Origin: a virus
Reading direction: 5' to 3' (one strand)
Virus record (IMG/VR): IMGVR_UViG_3300023181_000271
DNA length: 64,000 nt
Within the stretch, counting starts at the first letter, position 1; each line of letters begins with the position of its first letter. Below, in pieces: positions 29,689 through 39,301 of the stretch. Position numbers and translations under genes: made by a program. The notes beneath the pieces were generated by a model. It made no database searches and had not been told where the DNA came from. It was given only the letters and a program-made list of their open reading frames with translations.

Positions 29689-31236
29689 TTAATAAAATCC
29701 TAAATCTGCTTTTGATACACCTTCCATTTCCACTACATATCCTTCACCAAAGTCTTCAGTTATACCTGTTAAACAGTCTTCAGCATCATCATGTGCATTG
29801 CCACCTGCAGCCTTATAATTCTTTAGTGACTTATAGAACTTCGGCCATAATGTTTCCCAGCCGACTGGAAAGTGAATCATATTCATAACATCAGCTGACT
29901 TCGTGTAGATCCTGACATCTTTGTTATCTCCCTGGTGAAACCATTCAATCTTCGTTTTCGTATTACCTATCAACCGTAATTCACGTTCCACATTACGAGC
30001 AAAGCCCCGGCCCCCATTATTACTTTCAAATAGTCCCCGTTGCACTTCTTCCCGGGCCAGCTGCTGGGCAACCTTTATTTCAGTTACCTCCATCTTCTCC
30101 TGAGTGTAAATCACATCAGTCACAAATATGCCAGTGTCGAGTTCATCGTAAGCTATTGAACACAAGTAATCCTCTCCTGTATCAGCGGTATCTACATGAG
30201 CTTTTTTCATCCGTTTAGTTGTGAACGGAAGGAAACCTGGAGTATAGGTTTTAAACAGCCCATAAAGATATCCTTCTTTCGGTTTAGGATCCATCATGTA
30301 TTGGCGACCAAATATGATAGGGAAATCAACCTCCATCTTTTTTAATTCAGCCAGCTCATGCTTAAATGGCCACAATGCATATTCATTCCCCTCAGTATCT
30401 GTTTTGATAACCGGGATGCTTAGAACATACCATTTGTTCTTATCAGCTTTAGCCTCTTCCAGATCGTAGGTATATTCTTCCTGGCTCATGATAAATCCAC
30501 ATAGATCATTCTCATGCAACCGCTGCATAATGATGATAATAGGAGTATTTCTGCTGTTTACCCTATTCCGGATCGTACTATTGAAACGCTGATTAATTCT
30601 TTCCCGCCTGGTATCAGAATCCGCATCATCTGGTTTGATAGGGTCATCTATGATCAATGCGCCATTAAATCCTGATTTGATATTCAGATCCGCAAGCATT
30701 CCATCCAGTTCAGCTAAGAACTCTTCTTCGTCTTTCTTTTCCTCATCATCAACCTTACCGGCACCGAAACCAGTAACCTGTCCACCGGCCGCTCTTGCAT
30801 ATACTCCACCACCATCAGTAGTGTACCACTTCTTCTTAGCATCAGAATCTTGTTTGATCTGAACATGCGGAAACATTTGCTGGTAGGCTTCTGATTCCAC
30901 CATATCCCGGATAGCCTCCGAATTATCGAGGGCTAAATCATCTGAATAAGAAAGATGGATAAAAGATGCAGATGAGTTTAATGCAAGGGCATGGGCTACA
31001 AAATTCTTTACTGCCAGCTCAGTCTTACCATAACGCGGTGCAATGTTGATCATCACTTTGGTCAGCTCACAGCGCAATACGCATTCCAGTACATTACAGA
31101 TCTGCTGGTGATGATCACCGATTACAAATTTTCTATTTTGGGATTTTTTAAATAGGTACCTAGTCTGAAATAGCAGACTGGTCTTACTCTTAAGAGTAGC
31201 CGTTTTTACCTTCTTTATTTCTTCCCTGGTCAACAT
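29689..31236 (-). CDS. Terminase large subunit
   Basis: 515 aa; Walker A NIAPRYGKTE near N-terminus, acidic ATPase/nuclease architecture. Confidence 0.9.
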   Translation of the reverse strand: MLTREEIKKVKTATLKSKTSLLFQTRYLFKKSQNRKFVIGDHHQQICNVLECVLRCELTKVMINIAPRYGKTELAVKNFVAHALALNSSASFIHLSYSDDLALDNSEAIRDMVESEAYQQMFPHVQIKQDSDAKKKWYTTDGGGVYARAAGGQVTGFGAGKVDDEEKKDEEEFLAELDGMLADLNIKSGFNGALIIDDPIKPDDADSDTRRERINQRFNSTIRNRVNSRNTPIIIIMQRLHENDLCGFIMSQEEYTYDLEEAKADKNKWYVLSIPVIKTDTEGNEYALWPFKHELAELKKMEVDFPIIFGRQYMMDPKPKEGYLYGLFKTYTPGFLPFTTKRMKKAHVDTADTGEDYLCSIAYDELDTGIFVTDVIYTQEKMEVTEIKVAQQLAREEVQRGLFESNNGGRGFARNVERELRLIGNTKTKIEWFHQGDNKDVRIYTKSADVMNMIHFPVGWETLWPKFYKSLKNYKAAGGNAHDDAEDCLTGITEDFGEGYVVEMEGVSKADLGFY

Positions 31237-31238
31237 AA

Positions 31239-31739
31239 TTAAAACTCTTCCTCTAAAGCTTTTGCATACTGCCTCACCTCTTCATCGGTTAGTGGCACAT
31301 TGTAGTTGATGTTATTCATCTTACCATCCACCTTAAGTGAATTACCCCATCCTTCGGCTTTACCTTGTCTGTCCAGGTAGAACTGAATACTTGAATCACT
31401 TCCTTGATCGATGCGGAGCATCAGCTTATCCACTACATGATCCAATACACCAAGCTTTATATTTTTAAATGCCTCTTCAAAATCAGGATCATCATTAACG
31501 TAATTGTGAAAAGTCTTTCTAGTAATGTTCACCATGGCACATGCATTAGTGATGTGGCCACGACATAGTTTGACCGCATGCAGAATGATACGCTTCTTCA
31601 TTTCGAAGCCTTTAGTATTGATATCAGCCTTGCATCCCTTCATGAAAGCGGCTTTCTTATCTGCCATGGATTTCTCCATCTTTTTGATGACACCCTTAGT
31701 TGCGCTCTCAGTACATGGTTTTGCTTTAGATTTTGCCAT
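31239..31739 (-). CDS. Terminase small subunit
   Basis: 166 aa basic N-terminus with HTH-like segment, immediately upstream of large subunit. Confidence 0.6.
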   Translation of the reverse strand: MAKSKAKPCTESATKGVIKKMEKSMADKKAAFMKGCKADINTKGFEMKKRIILHAVKLCRGHITNACAMVNITRKTFHNYVNDDPDFEEAFKNIKLGVLDHVVDKLMLRIDQGSDSSIQFYLDRQGKAEGWGNSLKVDGKMNNINYNVPLTDEEVRQYAKALEEEF

Positions 31740-31831
31740 TGTCTTTTACCTATTAACCCCGGGACTTATGCCCGGGGTGTCTTCACTGTTTTGCCGGCCA
31801 TTAAATCCGGTATTTATATTAATCAAGTATG

Positions 31832-31902
31832 CATGAGTGAAAGGATTCGAACCTATATCAATAGTTTTGGAGACCACTATTCTACCTTTGAACTACACTC
31901 AC
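31832..31902 (-). tRNA. Phage-encoded tRNA-Trp (anticodon CCA)
   Basis: Manual fold: acceptor GUGAGUG/CACUCAU, D-stem GUUC/GAAU, anticodon stem with loop CUCCAAA, T-arm AUAGG-TTCGAAT-CCUUU. Confidence 0.65.
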
Positions 31903-31905
31903 GTT

Positions 31906-32163
31906 TTAAACATTATTTAAACCAACGCACCCGCCACATAAAATAAGGGGTTTCTTTTCTTCGAAGATGTTAACTGAAATTATCTTCTTGTTGGTTCCAC
32001 GAGAGAAATAAGCTTTATCATTACTATTTGAATATTCTGAACCTTCTTCCTTCACTTCAATTGTAACCCATGGCCCATATTCACCTTCAGACATCTTAGC
32101 CCCCATAATCTCAGCCTTAAGTGCTACTAAAAACTGATCAACCTTTTGTTCTGTATCCAGCAT
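31906..32163 (-). CDS. Small hypothetical protein between the two tRNAs
   Basis: ORF trimmed to internal Met (MLDTEQ) so as not to overlap tRNA-Gln. Confidence 0.3.
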   Translation of the reverse strand: MLDTEQKVDQFLVALKAEIMGAKMSEGEYGPWVTIEVKEEGSEYSNSNDKAYFSRGTNKKIISVNIFEEKKPLILCGGCVGLNNV

Positions 32164-32177
32164 ATAATATATATTTG

Positions 32178-32251
32178 TTGACCTGGAAGGACTCGAACCC
32201 TCAATCTTCTGAACCAAAATCAGACGTGCAAACCAATTACACCGCAGATCA
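32178..32251 (-). tRNA. Phage-encoded tRNA-Gln (anticodon UUG) with U1-A72 pair
   Basis: Manual fold: acceptor UGAUCUG/CAGGUCA (U1:A72 as in bacterial tRNA-Gln), anticodon stem UCUGA/UCAGA with loop UUUUGGU, T-arm GAGGG-TTCGAGT-CCUUC. Confidence 0.65.
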
Positions 32252-32257
32252 ATTTTA

Positions 32258-32464
32258 CTACGCTTTTTCGTGAAACTTCAATACCTCATCAACTGCATTC
32301 TGCAGGTCTGTAACTACATCTTCTGAATGTCCACCACCGATTGTGATGATCACCCTTGGATGAGTTGTCATGATATCCACTGATACCTCGCCATTTGCGA
32401 AGGCCTGACTTGTTTTTTCCCGGTCCAGTGGGAACTTAGTTTTTAGCTTTGCCATATTATTCAA
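32258..32464 (-). CDS. Hypothetical protein
   Basis: Co-oriented ORF in early/late transition region. Confidence 0.3.
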   Translation of the reverse strand: MNNMAKLKTKFPLDREKTSQAFANGEVSVDIMTTHPRVIITIGGGHSEDVVTDLQNAVDEVLKFHEKA

Positions 32465-32984
32465 AAAATTTGTGTTCGGTTTTGATCAGCTCGTAAAGCC
32501 GGTAAGTCTCAGACTTAAATTCTTTATAAGCACGGAAAGCAACGATGACACATGATATCCTTTTCTTTAAAATATCACGGGAACAATTCAGTTCCGCAGC
32601 CATTCTGCTTAAGATGAATCTTTTCAATCTGATATTGCTGATGCTTAAAACCTTCTCAGGCTGATAAAGTAGCATAATCACGGAAACCAGAAGATCTCTA
32701 TTCTCTGATATCGATCTGTTTCCTCCTTTATTAATCCATACTTCGCTATTAATCCCCTTAATGGCTTTGAAAGAACGTACAACTAAAGGAATTAAAGACA
32801 CATCTTCCAGGGATGCCGGTAACTCTTCATCCAGCCTTTTACGGATACATAAATCCACTTCCGGATACTCTCTGCGTAGGATATTTGTGATTAAAGCTGA
32901 ACTGTATTCCCTCATATGAAGTAAAGATAAAAACAAATGTTCTAATTGTTCTAATTCAGAACATAAATAAGTGAATTTTTTCAC
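32457..32984 (-). CDS. Hypothetical protein (preceded by ATGTTCT motif)
   Basis: 175-aa ORF; conserved operator-like motif 20-45 bp upstream. Confidence 0.35.
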   Translation of the reverse strand: MKKFTYLCSELEQLEHLFLSLLHMREYSSALITNILRREYPEVDLCIRKRLDEELPASLEDVSLIPLVVRSFKAIKGINSEVWINKGGNRSISENRDLLVSVIMLLYQPEKVLSISNIRLKRFILSRMAAELNCSRDILKKRISCVIVAFRAYKEFKSETYRLYELIKTEHKFFE

Positions 32985-33060
32985 TTATCATATGGAAAGA
33001 ATTAAAAAGCCCCCTACAAATCAATGCAGAGGGCAGGGTACTATGAGGTGTGTGGTGTTT

Positions 33061-33426
33061 CTAATTTACCATGTTTAAAGAAAGTGAATAATCGTAAATC
33101 GTATCTATGATATACTTCTCAATGATAAGGATCATTCTGTCTACTTCTACTTTGCTTGATTTTGCAATAAGCTCTTTGGTCTTATCCTTGGTGTGATCTT
33201 TAAATAATTCGATAAGCCGCAAAGTTACGTGAGCCGCGCCTTTCAACCGGATCAATTCTTTGATTGTGCTGTGTGGGGTGAACATCCAGCATAAACAATG
33301 CTCCCTGTAAACAGATATTAGGATATCGTTTTCTTGAAGGTGTTTAGGAGCTAAAAAGACTTGAACGCCCTTAGATTCAAGTTCTGGCTTTTCTAATTTT
33401 TCAGTGATGATTTTATAACTCTTCAT
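33061..33426 (-). CDS. Hypothetical protein
   Basis: 121-aa ORF divergent from plus-strand HTH gene. Confidence 0.35.
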   Translation of the reverse strand: MKSYKIITEKLEKPELESKGVQVFLAPKHLQENDILISVYREHCLCWMFTPHSTIKELIRLKGAAHVTLRLIELFKDHTKDKTKELIAKSSKVEVDRMILIIEKYIIDTIYDYSLSLNMVN

Positions 33427-33530
33427 ATGTTTTTCGGGTTTGGTGGATTAAAGCTAAAAAAAAGATTTAAAAAAAGCCCTATATCTAGGGTTTATTTGTG
33501 AATAATATTTATCTTCTTTAGTGGTCGATA

Positions 33531-33773
33531 ATGACCGACAAATCCCAGATATCACAGATAGATGCTGCAACCCTTAAGACGGTTGGTTTAAACATACGTA
33601 AGTACAGGAAACTAAAAGGATTAACTCAAAATGAATTAGCCGATCTCGCAATGATATCTAGAAGTCAAGGTCAGGCATATGAATATGGGACTATTAATCA
33701 AAGTGTAATCAGCTTAAGAAAAATTGCGAGTACTTTAGGGATCAGTATGTCCAAGCTTTTCGATGAGCTTTAA
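33531..33773 (+). CDS. XRE-family HTH transcriptional regulator (Cro/C1-type)
   Basis: LKGLTQNELADLAMISRSQGQAYEYG helix-turn-helix; plus-strand inside minus-strand early region. Confidence 0.7.
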   Translation: MTDKSQISQIDAATLKTVGLNIRKYRKLKGLTQNELADLAMISRSQGQAYEYGTINQSVISLRKIASTLGISMSKLFDEL

Positions 33774-33974
33774 CTACTTCATAGCCTCTATAATCTTTTC
33801 CTCAACAAATTCGACCTCTCCCTGAGTAAAATTCGTGATGTTAGTGAACTTCCCTTTTGTATCGAAATAGCCACAGAAAAGACCATTTAAAATAATTTGG
33901 TGCAAATTCTTTTGATCGTTAACTGTACGAACCAATATATTTTTCCCGTTTATTTCTAAGTGTAAGCCATCCAT
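33774..33974 (-). CDS. Hypothetical small protein
   Basis: 66-aa ORF convergent with HTH gene. Confidence 0.3.
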   Translation of the reverse strand: MDGLHLEINGKNILVRTVNDQKNLHQIILNGLFCGYFDTKGKFTNITNFTQGEVEFVEEKIIEAMK

Positions 33975-34004
33975 AGATCAAAATTACTAATTAAATTAGT
34001 ATAA

Positions 34005-34244
34005 TTGCAAATGGAACAATTCAATATTACTTTAGCCGGAGATGTGGAAGTTACGATTAAGCCCAGGAGAATTGTAAAGGATGTGCTGGTGTTTGATGTG
34101 TACATTGAAGATAAAATCCACGGAACAGTTTACCCTGATCACGGATTTGATGATGAACCTCCACTGGTATGGAGATCGCACGATAACTTTGATCCGTACC
34201 TTGTTGGTCTGATCGGCAAAATGATTGAAGAACATGATGCATAA
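34005..34244 (+). CDS. Hypothetical small protein
   Basis: 79-aa plus-strand ORF followed by hairpin gccctgcattgctgcaaggc. Confidence 0.35.
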   Translation: MQMEQFNITLAGDVEVTIKPRRIVKDVLVFDVYIEDKIHGTVYPDHGFDDEPPLVWRSHDNFDPYLVGLIGKMIEEHDA

Positions 34245-34415
34245 AAAAGCCCTGCATTGCTGCAAGGCTTAAAACATGTGTCGCTATCCCTGCTACTGGA
34301 CGTAGATAGCCAAATCCATAAAGCTCCGTGTCCTACACCACACATCCCCCTGTTCATTCAGGTGTTTTTATCTTACAACTATTGAAGGTTTTTAAATCCA
34401 ACAATAGCCAATATT

Positions 34416-34769
34416 TTATTCACAGACAACTATTTCAGATACCCTTACACCATTTCTACGGATGTATGCACCAACACCTTCCTGAAAACAAGTATCGTAT
34501 CCAGCCGCTGTAACTTTCTTTTTTGATATCCTGCCAACTATAATACCATCGGCTTTCGCTTGGTTAATAACAGCCTTTGCCTGCACATCAATTGATTTAT
34601 AAAATCGATCCAACTTTTCTTTAGCCTCAGCATGGATTGATTCTATTATTTTATCTGAAAGTTCTTTATCAGCTTTTAATGGCTCTTGAAGCATATCTGT
34701 CAATGACTGTTGGTCTTTTTCAGATAGATTCATTTTACTGCCTAATGTTGGTATTTGTCCATAACTCAT
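34416..34769 (-). CDS. Hypothetical protein
   Basis: ORF in co-oriented early-gene array. Confidence 0.35.
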   Translation of the reverse strand: MSYGQIPTLGSKMNLSEKDQQSLTDMLQEPLKADKELSDKIIESIHAEAKEKLDRFYKSIDVQAKAVINQAKADGIIVGRISKKKVTAAGYDTCFQEGVGAYIRRNGVRVSEIVVCE

Positions 34770-34788
34770 ACTGCAGGTTCTTTAATGG

Positions 34789-35124
34789 TTAATTATTTTT
34801 ATGAGGTATAAAGAAGATCCCTGGTTTATCAGTAAGATATTCAATAGCCTGTTTTACTTGATCGTACTTTATATCTCCGTTCGATAATGCATTAGCAATA
34901 TCAGTGGTGGTAACTTTTTGTACTTCACTCAAAGCCATATACATTGGAATGCCTACACTGAGTAGTTGAGCTATGTCTATCTTATGTGCCGATCCTTTCA
35001 ACTTAATAGCTTGATAAGCGTTCAATACCATATCTGTCTCTTTATCAGTTGTGGGTATTGCCTTGCAAATCATACTTAACATATCAATTTCAGTCTGAGT
35101 GATTTCATTTGGTTGCATACTCAA
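34789..35124 (-). CDS. Hypothetical protein
   Basis: ORF in co-oriented early-gene array. Confidence 0.35.
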   Translation of the reverse strand: MSMQPNEITQTEIDMLSMICKAIPTTDKETDMVLNAYQAIKLKGSAHKIDIAQLLSVGIPMYMALSEVQKVTTTDIANALSNGDIKYDQVKQAIEYLTDKPGIFFIPHKNN

Positions 35125-35141
35125 ATATATTGTTTTTGGTT

Positions 35142-35522
35142 TTAAAATGGAAGATCATCTTCTTCTCCAGGTGGATTGGTTAACAGGTGATCAGGATTAT
35201 TATCTTTATCATACCAGCATAGGAAATTAGCAAACCAGTTTATTACTGATGTTGTATCTGTTAAGTCCTGTGTATAATATTCTTGAAAGTAATGAAGAGA
35301 CAGGTCACTAGGATTATGCTCATCGATGAACCGGACCAGAATACCTACCTGCATTTCAAAAGGGATATCAATAAGATACACTTTTCCAAATAGATCAGTC
35401 CATCCTATCGCGTCTGTATATTTATCAAACCAATCAGTAAATACTTTCATGGCCACAGGATATTTTGCTCTTATATCTTCATCAAAGAAGTTCTGTTTGT
35501 TTAGGTTAGTCTTTGCTTCCAT
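35142..35522 (-). CDS. Hypothetical protein
   Basis: ORF in co-oriented early-gene array. Confidence 0.35.
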   Translation of the reverse strand: MEAKTNLNKQNFFDEDIRAKYPVAMKVFTDWFDKYTDAIGWTDLFGKVYLIDIPFEMQVGILVRFIDEHNPSDLSLHYFQEYYTQDLTDTTSVINWFANFLCWYDKDNNPDHLLTNPPGEEDDLPF

Positions 35523-35524
35523 GG

Positions 35525-35707
35525 TTACGGTTTTAGTAGATCAAGTGTGAAAGGTTCTATTTGTGATGATAATTTTAAGCCTTCATCAATGCTCGCAATG
35601 AGTCTTAGTGCCATCTGCTTGTTGTCTATTGATGTGAGAACCTGATGAGCATTACCATTGTCCATTTCGACGCAAATAAGTATTTTGCTGATGTTTTCGA
35701 TTTCCAT
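35525..35707 (-). CDS. Hypothetical small protein
   Basis: 60-aa ORF tightly packed between neighbours. Confidence 0.25.
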   Translation of the reverse strand: MEIENISKILICVEMDNGNAHQVLTSIDNKQMALRLIASIDEGLKLSSQIEPFTLDLLKP

Positions 35708-35709
35708 GA

Positions 35710-36252
35710 TTATTTCTTTTGGTCTAAATTTAATCCAGTATCAACCCAGCTTCCATCTTGTATTAATCTAAATGTTTTTACTACCGCGAAGTTGGTTAAC
35801 CTGAAATATTCTACCTTCATGCCGTAGTCACCAGCATTTAGCTTTTTAATCACCGCCTGTTCAATCTTATCAGGATTTAATTCGTGCATGTCGTGTTTAT
35901 AAACAAACTCTGCAATTTCACTCATTGCCATATTAGCCAATGTCAATTCAGGATGGAATAAAGATTTATAAAGCTTTTCCATATCATTGATAGAATAACC
36001 CAAAGCACTATTTAGGGTAACGGTTGATAAGTCCTTTGATGTTAATGTTTGAACTGGCATAGCTACCACCCTTAGTCTATTTGACTGGATAAAAACACTA
36101 TCGAGATATGGTATCCTAAAATACATGCCGCCAGTCAACAATTTAATATTTTTACCTCTTCTTACTCTTATTCCTTGTTCCCATGGTTGAACTATGATCC
36201 ATATCTTAATGGCATTTAATAGGTACTCTAAGAAGTCCTTTACTTGATTCAT
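35710..36252 (-). CDS. Hypothetical protein
   Basis: 180-aa ORF in early array. Confidence 0.35.
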   Translation of the reverse strand: MNQVKDFLEYLLNAIKIWIIVQPWEQGIRVRRGKNIKLLTGGMYFRIPYLDSVFIQSNRLRVVAMPVQTLTSKDLSTVTLNSALGYSINDMEKLYKSLFHPELTLANMAMSEIAEFVYKHDMHELNPDKIEQAVIKKLNAGDYGMKVEYFRLTNFAVVKTFRLIQDGSWVDTGLNLDQKK

Positions 36253-36779
36253 ATTCTTTGATTGATTACTGATTTAATTAAATTGATTGTTTCGAGGGTG
36301 CACAGATCAGTTGGCGTTCGCCTGATGATCACCCATCCCTGAGCAATAGCCAGGTTATTCTTATCCATATCACGCTGGATGCCGGTACCTGATGAATGGC
36401 CGCTCTTCCCTGCCATGTGAATGCCGCCCTCCTGTTCAATAGCAATTTTTAATTGTACCGAATTCGGGTTAATTGGAATCGCATAGTCAAACCTGTACAG
36501 CCGTTCAGTACTAAAGAAGAATTCCGGCCATACATCCAGTTGCAGTTCCATCTGCACCAGCCTCATGAAAGGTTCAATTGCAGCGGCTTTATTCTTAATA
36601 TTCCGATCGTCATCTATCCAGCCGGTTTTATTGACGTACTTCGCTCGAGTCTTTTTCTTTGGCTTATCCAATCCCCGGGCCGCTGCTACTGCAGGCGGTA
36701 AAAGCTGATCACCAATGAGCACGTAACCGCGATCAAGACAATCTTTGTAAACGGCTTTTAGGATGGATGCTGATTTCAT
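36249..36779 (-). CDS. DUF559/Vsr-like endonuclease-fold protein
   Basis: Motif pattern LKIAIEQEGGIH ... QRDMDKNNLAIAQGWVIIR resembles DUF559 (hxVExDG..H ... D..R...L...GW.V.R). Confidence 0.4.
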   Translation of the reverse strand: MKSASILKAVYKDCLDRGYVLIGDQLLPPAVAAARGLDKPKKKTRAKYVNKTGWIDDDRNIKNKAAAIEPFMRLVQMELQLDVWPEFFFSTERLYRFDYAIPINPNSVQLKIAIEQEGGIHMAGKSGHSSGTGIQRDMDKNNLAIAQGWVIIRRTPTDLCTLETINLIKSVINQRI

Positions 36780-37414
36780 TTAGCGATAGGATGATTACGT
36801 TCAATGTTCCTATCCTTCATTTCCCAATTATAATCCAAAAGATAATTATGAGAATTACCGACCAAATTATATTTATCCGGACTGAATGATAATTTAAAGA
36901 ATGTCCTCATAGTCGGCTTAGCGATGTAGGCAACCTTATGGATATTGAACTGATCAAGCCTTAATAATTCGCATTCCTGATACTGGTAATCAAGATCAGG
37001 AATAGCCTGAGCAGACATTTCTTCGATACTGATCTTATGATCCTGTGTAAGTTCAAAGGGACTGTGGTTAAATATTGTACCATTATTATTTGACCAGATG
37101 TAATTTATATCATCAGTCATAAACCCATCTGAATGCCAGCCATCGCGATTGAAAGAACATCCTTCAGCCTGGTACAAATGCTTAACGGTTAAATAAACAT
37201 TTGAGGCATCAAGATTATCGTTACCGAAATTATACGCAAAGTTCCAAATACATTTCTCAATCAGTTCTGAAAATGGATTTAGCCTATCTTCCCAAATAGC
37301 CTCCATTTGACCGGCTAATTTGATAGGCAGATACTGATAGAACATCATCTCTTTGCAATCCACCTCAAAAGTCCCTAATGAGGTAGGTAATTCACCGTAT
37401 CTTACTTTCTCCAT
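36776..37414 (-). CDS. Hypothetical protein with HxD motif (possible Fe/2OG-oxygenase-like; speculative)
   Basis: DGWHSDGF segment; no other family signature recognised. Confidence 0.3.
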   Translation of the reverse strand: MEKVRYGELPTSLGTFEVDCKEMMFYQYLPIKLAGQMEAIWEDRLNPFSELIEKCIWNFAYNFGNDNLDASNVYLTVKHLYQAEGCSFNRDGWHSDGFMTDDINYIWSNNNGTIFNHSPFELTQDHKISIEEMSAQAIPDLDYQYQECELLRLDQFNIHKVAYIAKPTMRTFFKLSFSPDKYNLVGNSHNYLLDYNWEMKDRNIERNHPIAK

Positions 37415-37839
37415 GGCTGTCTGTTGTTATAATTCTGTTTACGCTTCTTACCGCCCTGCTTTGCTGCTTTTTCATACCATGGACGGTCATCATGGTGGTT
37501 GATTATTATTGGAGAAGAAAACTCTTGTGCAGCTTTATTAAATGCCAATGCTGCTTTCTCAAATTCATGAGCCAGATTCCTTACAGGTGCACGCATAGCT
37601 TCAATCATTGCAAGGATATCATCTAAAGGCCTCCCAGCTTTCTCGCAGATATCTGTCAATCTTTCAGGTGTGATGATCACCACATCGGTGCTTAGATTTT
37701 GACACGCCAATTCAATTCTGCTAGGCATATGAGCAGCACCGATAATTATTACTTGGTCCTCCTTAGCAAATAGCTTTGAATAATGTTCCTTTACATTCCG
37801 GATCCGCTCTTCCATTTGTTCAGTTGTTAGTTCGTTCAT
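37402..37839 (-). CDS. Hypothetical protein
   Basis: Likely start MNELTTEQ; lysine-rich C-terminus. Confidence 0.35.
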   Translation of the reverse strand: MNELTTEQMEERIRNVKEHYSKLFAKEDQVIIIGAAHMPSRIELACQNLSTDVVIITPERLTDICEKAGRPLDDILAMIEAMRAPVRNLAHEFEKAALAFNKAAQEFSSPIIINHHDDRPWYEKAAKQGGKKRKQNYNNRQPWRK

Positions 37840-37841
37840 GG

Positions 37842-38363
37842 CTAATACGGTAAGTAAAGACAACCAGCACATTCAATATCACCTTCACAAAAACAAGATT
37901 TAGGTAATTCTTTATTACACGTTGGGCAATGTCTCGTATACTCCCACAAGCTAAGTGCCCCTTTTACATTCTCGATCGGCTTGTCGTACAGTACCGGATT
38001 TTCCAGCACCCAGTTCCAGATGTATTTCTGGCCTTTGCGAAGGATATGAATGCCAGTATCCGGACATTTATCGAATGCCATTTGTTCAGCCCAAATTGAT
38101 TCATGGTTCAATACACAGTCAACTATATCCACTTCACCGATGATGGCAGAAAATACATGATCATCGAAATTATCCCTGAATATAGTTGGGGTGTTATGCA
38201 GTACGGTAGTTTGCTTATCAGTAAACTGGTAGATCGCAGCCTTAGCTGATGCATGAATAAATATCCTGCCTCGGAATTTAGTCCTCCAGGTGCGGTTCTC
38301 AATATCTTTGATACCATGAGCGATCAGTGTCGCCCATGGCTGCTTTATACTTAGTGCTTTCAT
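37842..38363 (-). CDS. ASCH-domain protein with C-terminal Cys-rich zinc-binding tail
   Basis: N-terminus MKALSIKQPWATLIAHGIKDIENR is the ASCH signature; CPTCNK...CFCEGDIECAGC cluster at C-terminus. Confidence 0.7.
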   Translation of the reverse strand: MKALSIKQPWATLIAHGIKDIENRTWRTKFRGRIFIHASAKAAIYQFTDKQTTVLHNTPTIFRDNFDDHVFSAIIGEVDIVDCVLNHESIWAEQMAFDKCPDTGIHILRKGQKYIWNWVLENPVLYDKPIENVKGALSLWEYTRHCPTCNKELPKSCFCEGDIECAGCLYLPY

Positions 38364-38704
38364 TACTGCTGATCTAAAGGATTATAAACACTGATATTCA
38401 TCGGGTGGAATTGCTCACGAGGACCGAAGCCTATAACTTGTGGTAATCCAGATACCTCATCAAGCCCACCATATACGGGCTTAAGGAATAAGCACTGATT
38501 ATAGTAAAGCCTTCCGGTTCTCTTAAACTCCTCCATTTCTTCAAGGCTGAACTCAAAGCACACCGTTGCCGGGCACATTGGATCATTGGTGTTTAAGTTG
38601 ATGAATAGCGTATTGTATTCATCTTGGTTCTCAGCCAGTGGCGTGTTGAACTGTTCGGTTCTGATTGATTTCATATTAGTATAAAGGATTAGGTATGTGA
38701 ACAA
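38363..38704 (-). CDS. Hypothetical protein
   Basis: ORF in early array. Confidence 0.35.
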   Translation of the reverse strand: MFTYLILYTNMKSIRTEQFNTPLAENQDEYNTLFINLNTNDPMCPATVCFEFSLEEMEEFKRTGRLYYNQCLFLKPVYGGLDEVSGLPQVIGFGPREQFHPMNISVYNPLDQQ

Positions 38705-39077
38705 TTGGCCGCCAGTGGGTAGCGCCTCCGATTGAGATATCTGCAGAATGGTATTCTACTCTCGACCTACGATCAATAAACATAAACAGGTACTCCCCGG
38801 GACAGAAAGGCATATCTTGAGGAGACTCAATCTTAGTCCAACCGTTGTTACGGTCAACACCTTCCAATGATTCTAAAGAGATCATAAAACCTTTATGGTT
38901 AAACCCTAGTCCCTTGATCAGGCCGTGATCATAAGCAGTACCGTAACCAGTTAAGCTGTATTTCAATTCTGGTTCTTTGAGTTGCAGGATTCCGCTTTCA
39001 TTGACCATATCCTTGATTTGATCCCAATCAAAGCCAGCTACGGCCCACGATTTTTTTATAAACTCTTGCTTATTCAT
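38676..39077 (-). CDS. Hypothetical protein
   Basis: ORF in early array. Confidence 0.35.
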   Translation of the reverse strand: MNKQEFIKKSWAVAGFDWDQIKDMVNESGILQLKEPELKYSLTGYGTAYDHGLIKGLGFNHKGFMISLESLEGVDRNNGWTKIESPQDMPFCPGEYLFMFIDRRSRVEYHSADISIGGATHWRPIVHIPNPLY

Positions 39078-39301
39078 GTGATTCGGTTTTTAGGTTTAGT
39101 AATATTCCGTTGATTAGATAGAGGGCAGCAGCTGCAACGTTCAGCCAGAAGCATACCCATAGTATTTGGTCTAAAGTCTGGTTCATGCTTACCTGATTAA
39201 ATATGCGATACATATTGGTGAGAAGAGGATTATTGTACCTATAATGATCAGTGTGACCTTGCGCTTTGATACATTGCGACCTGAGCCTATGTTTCCGATG
39301 T

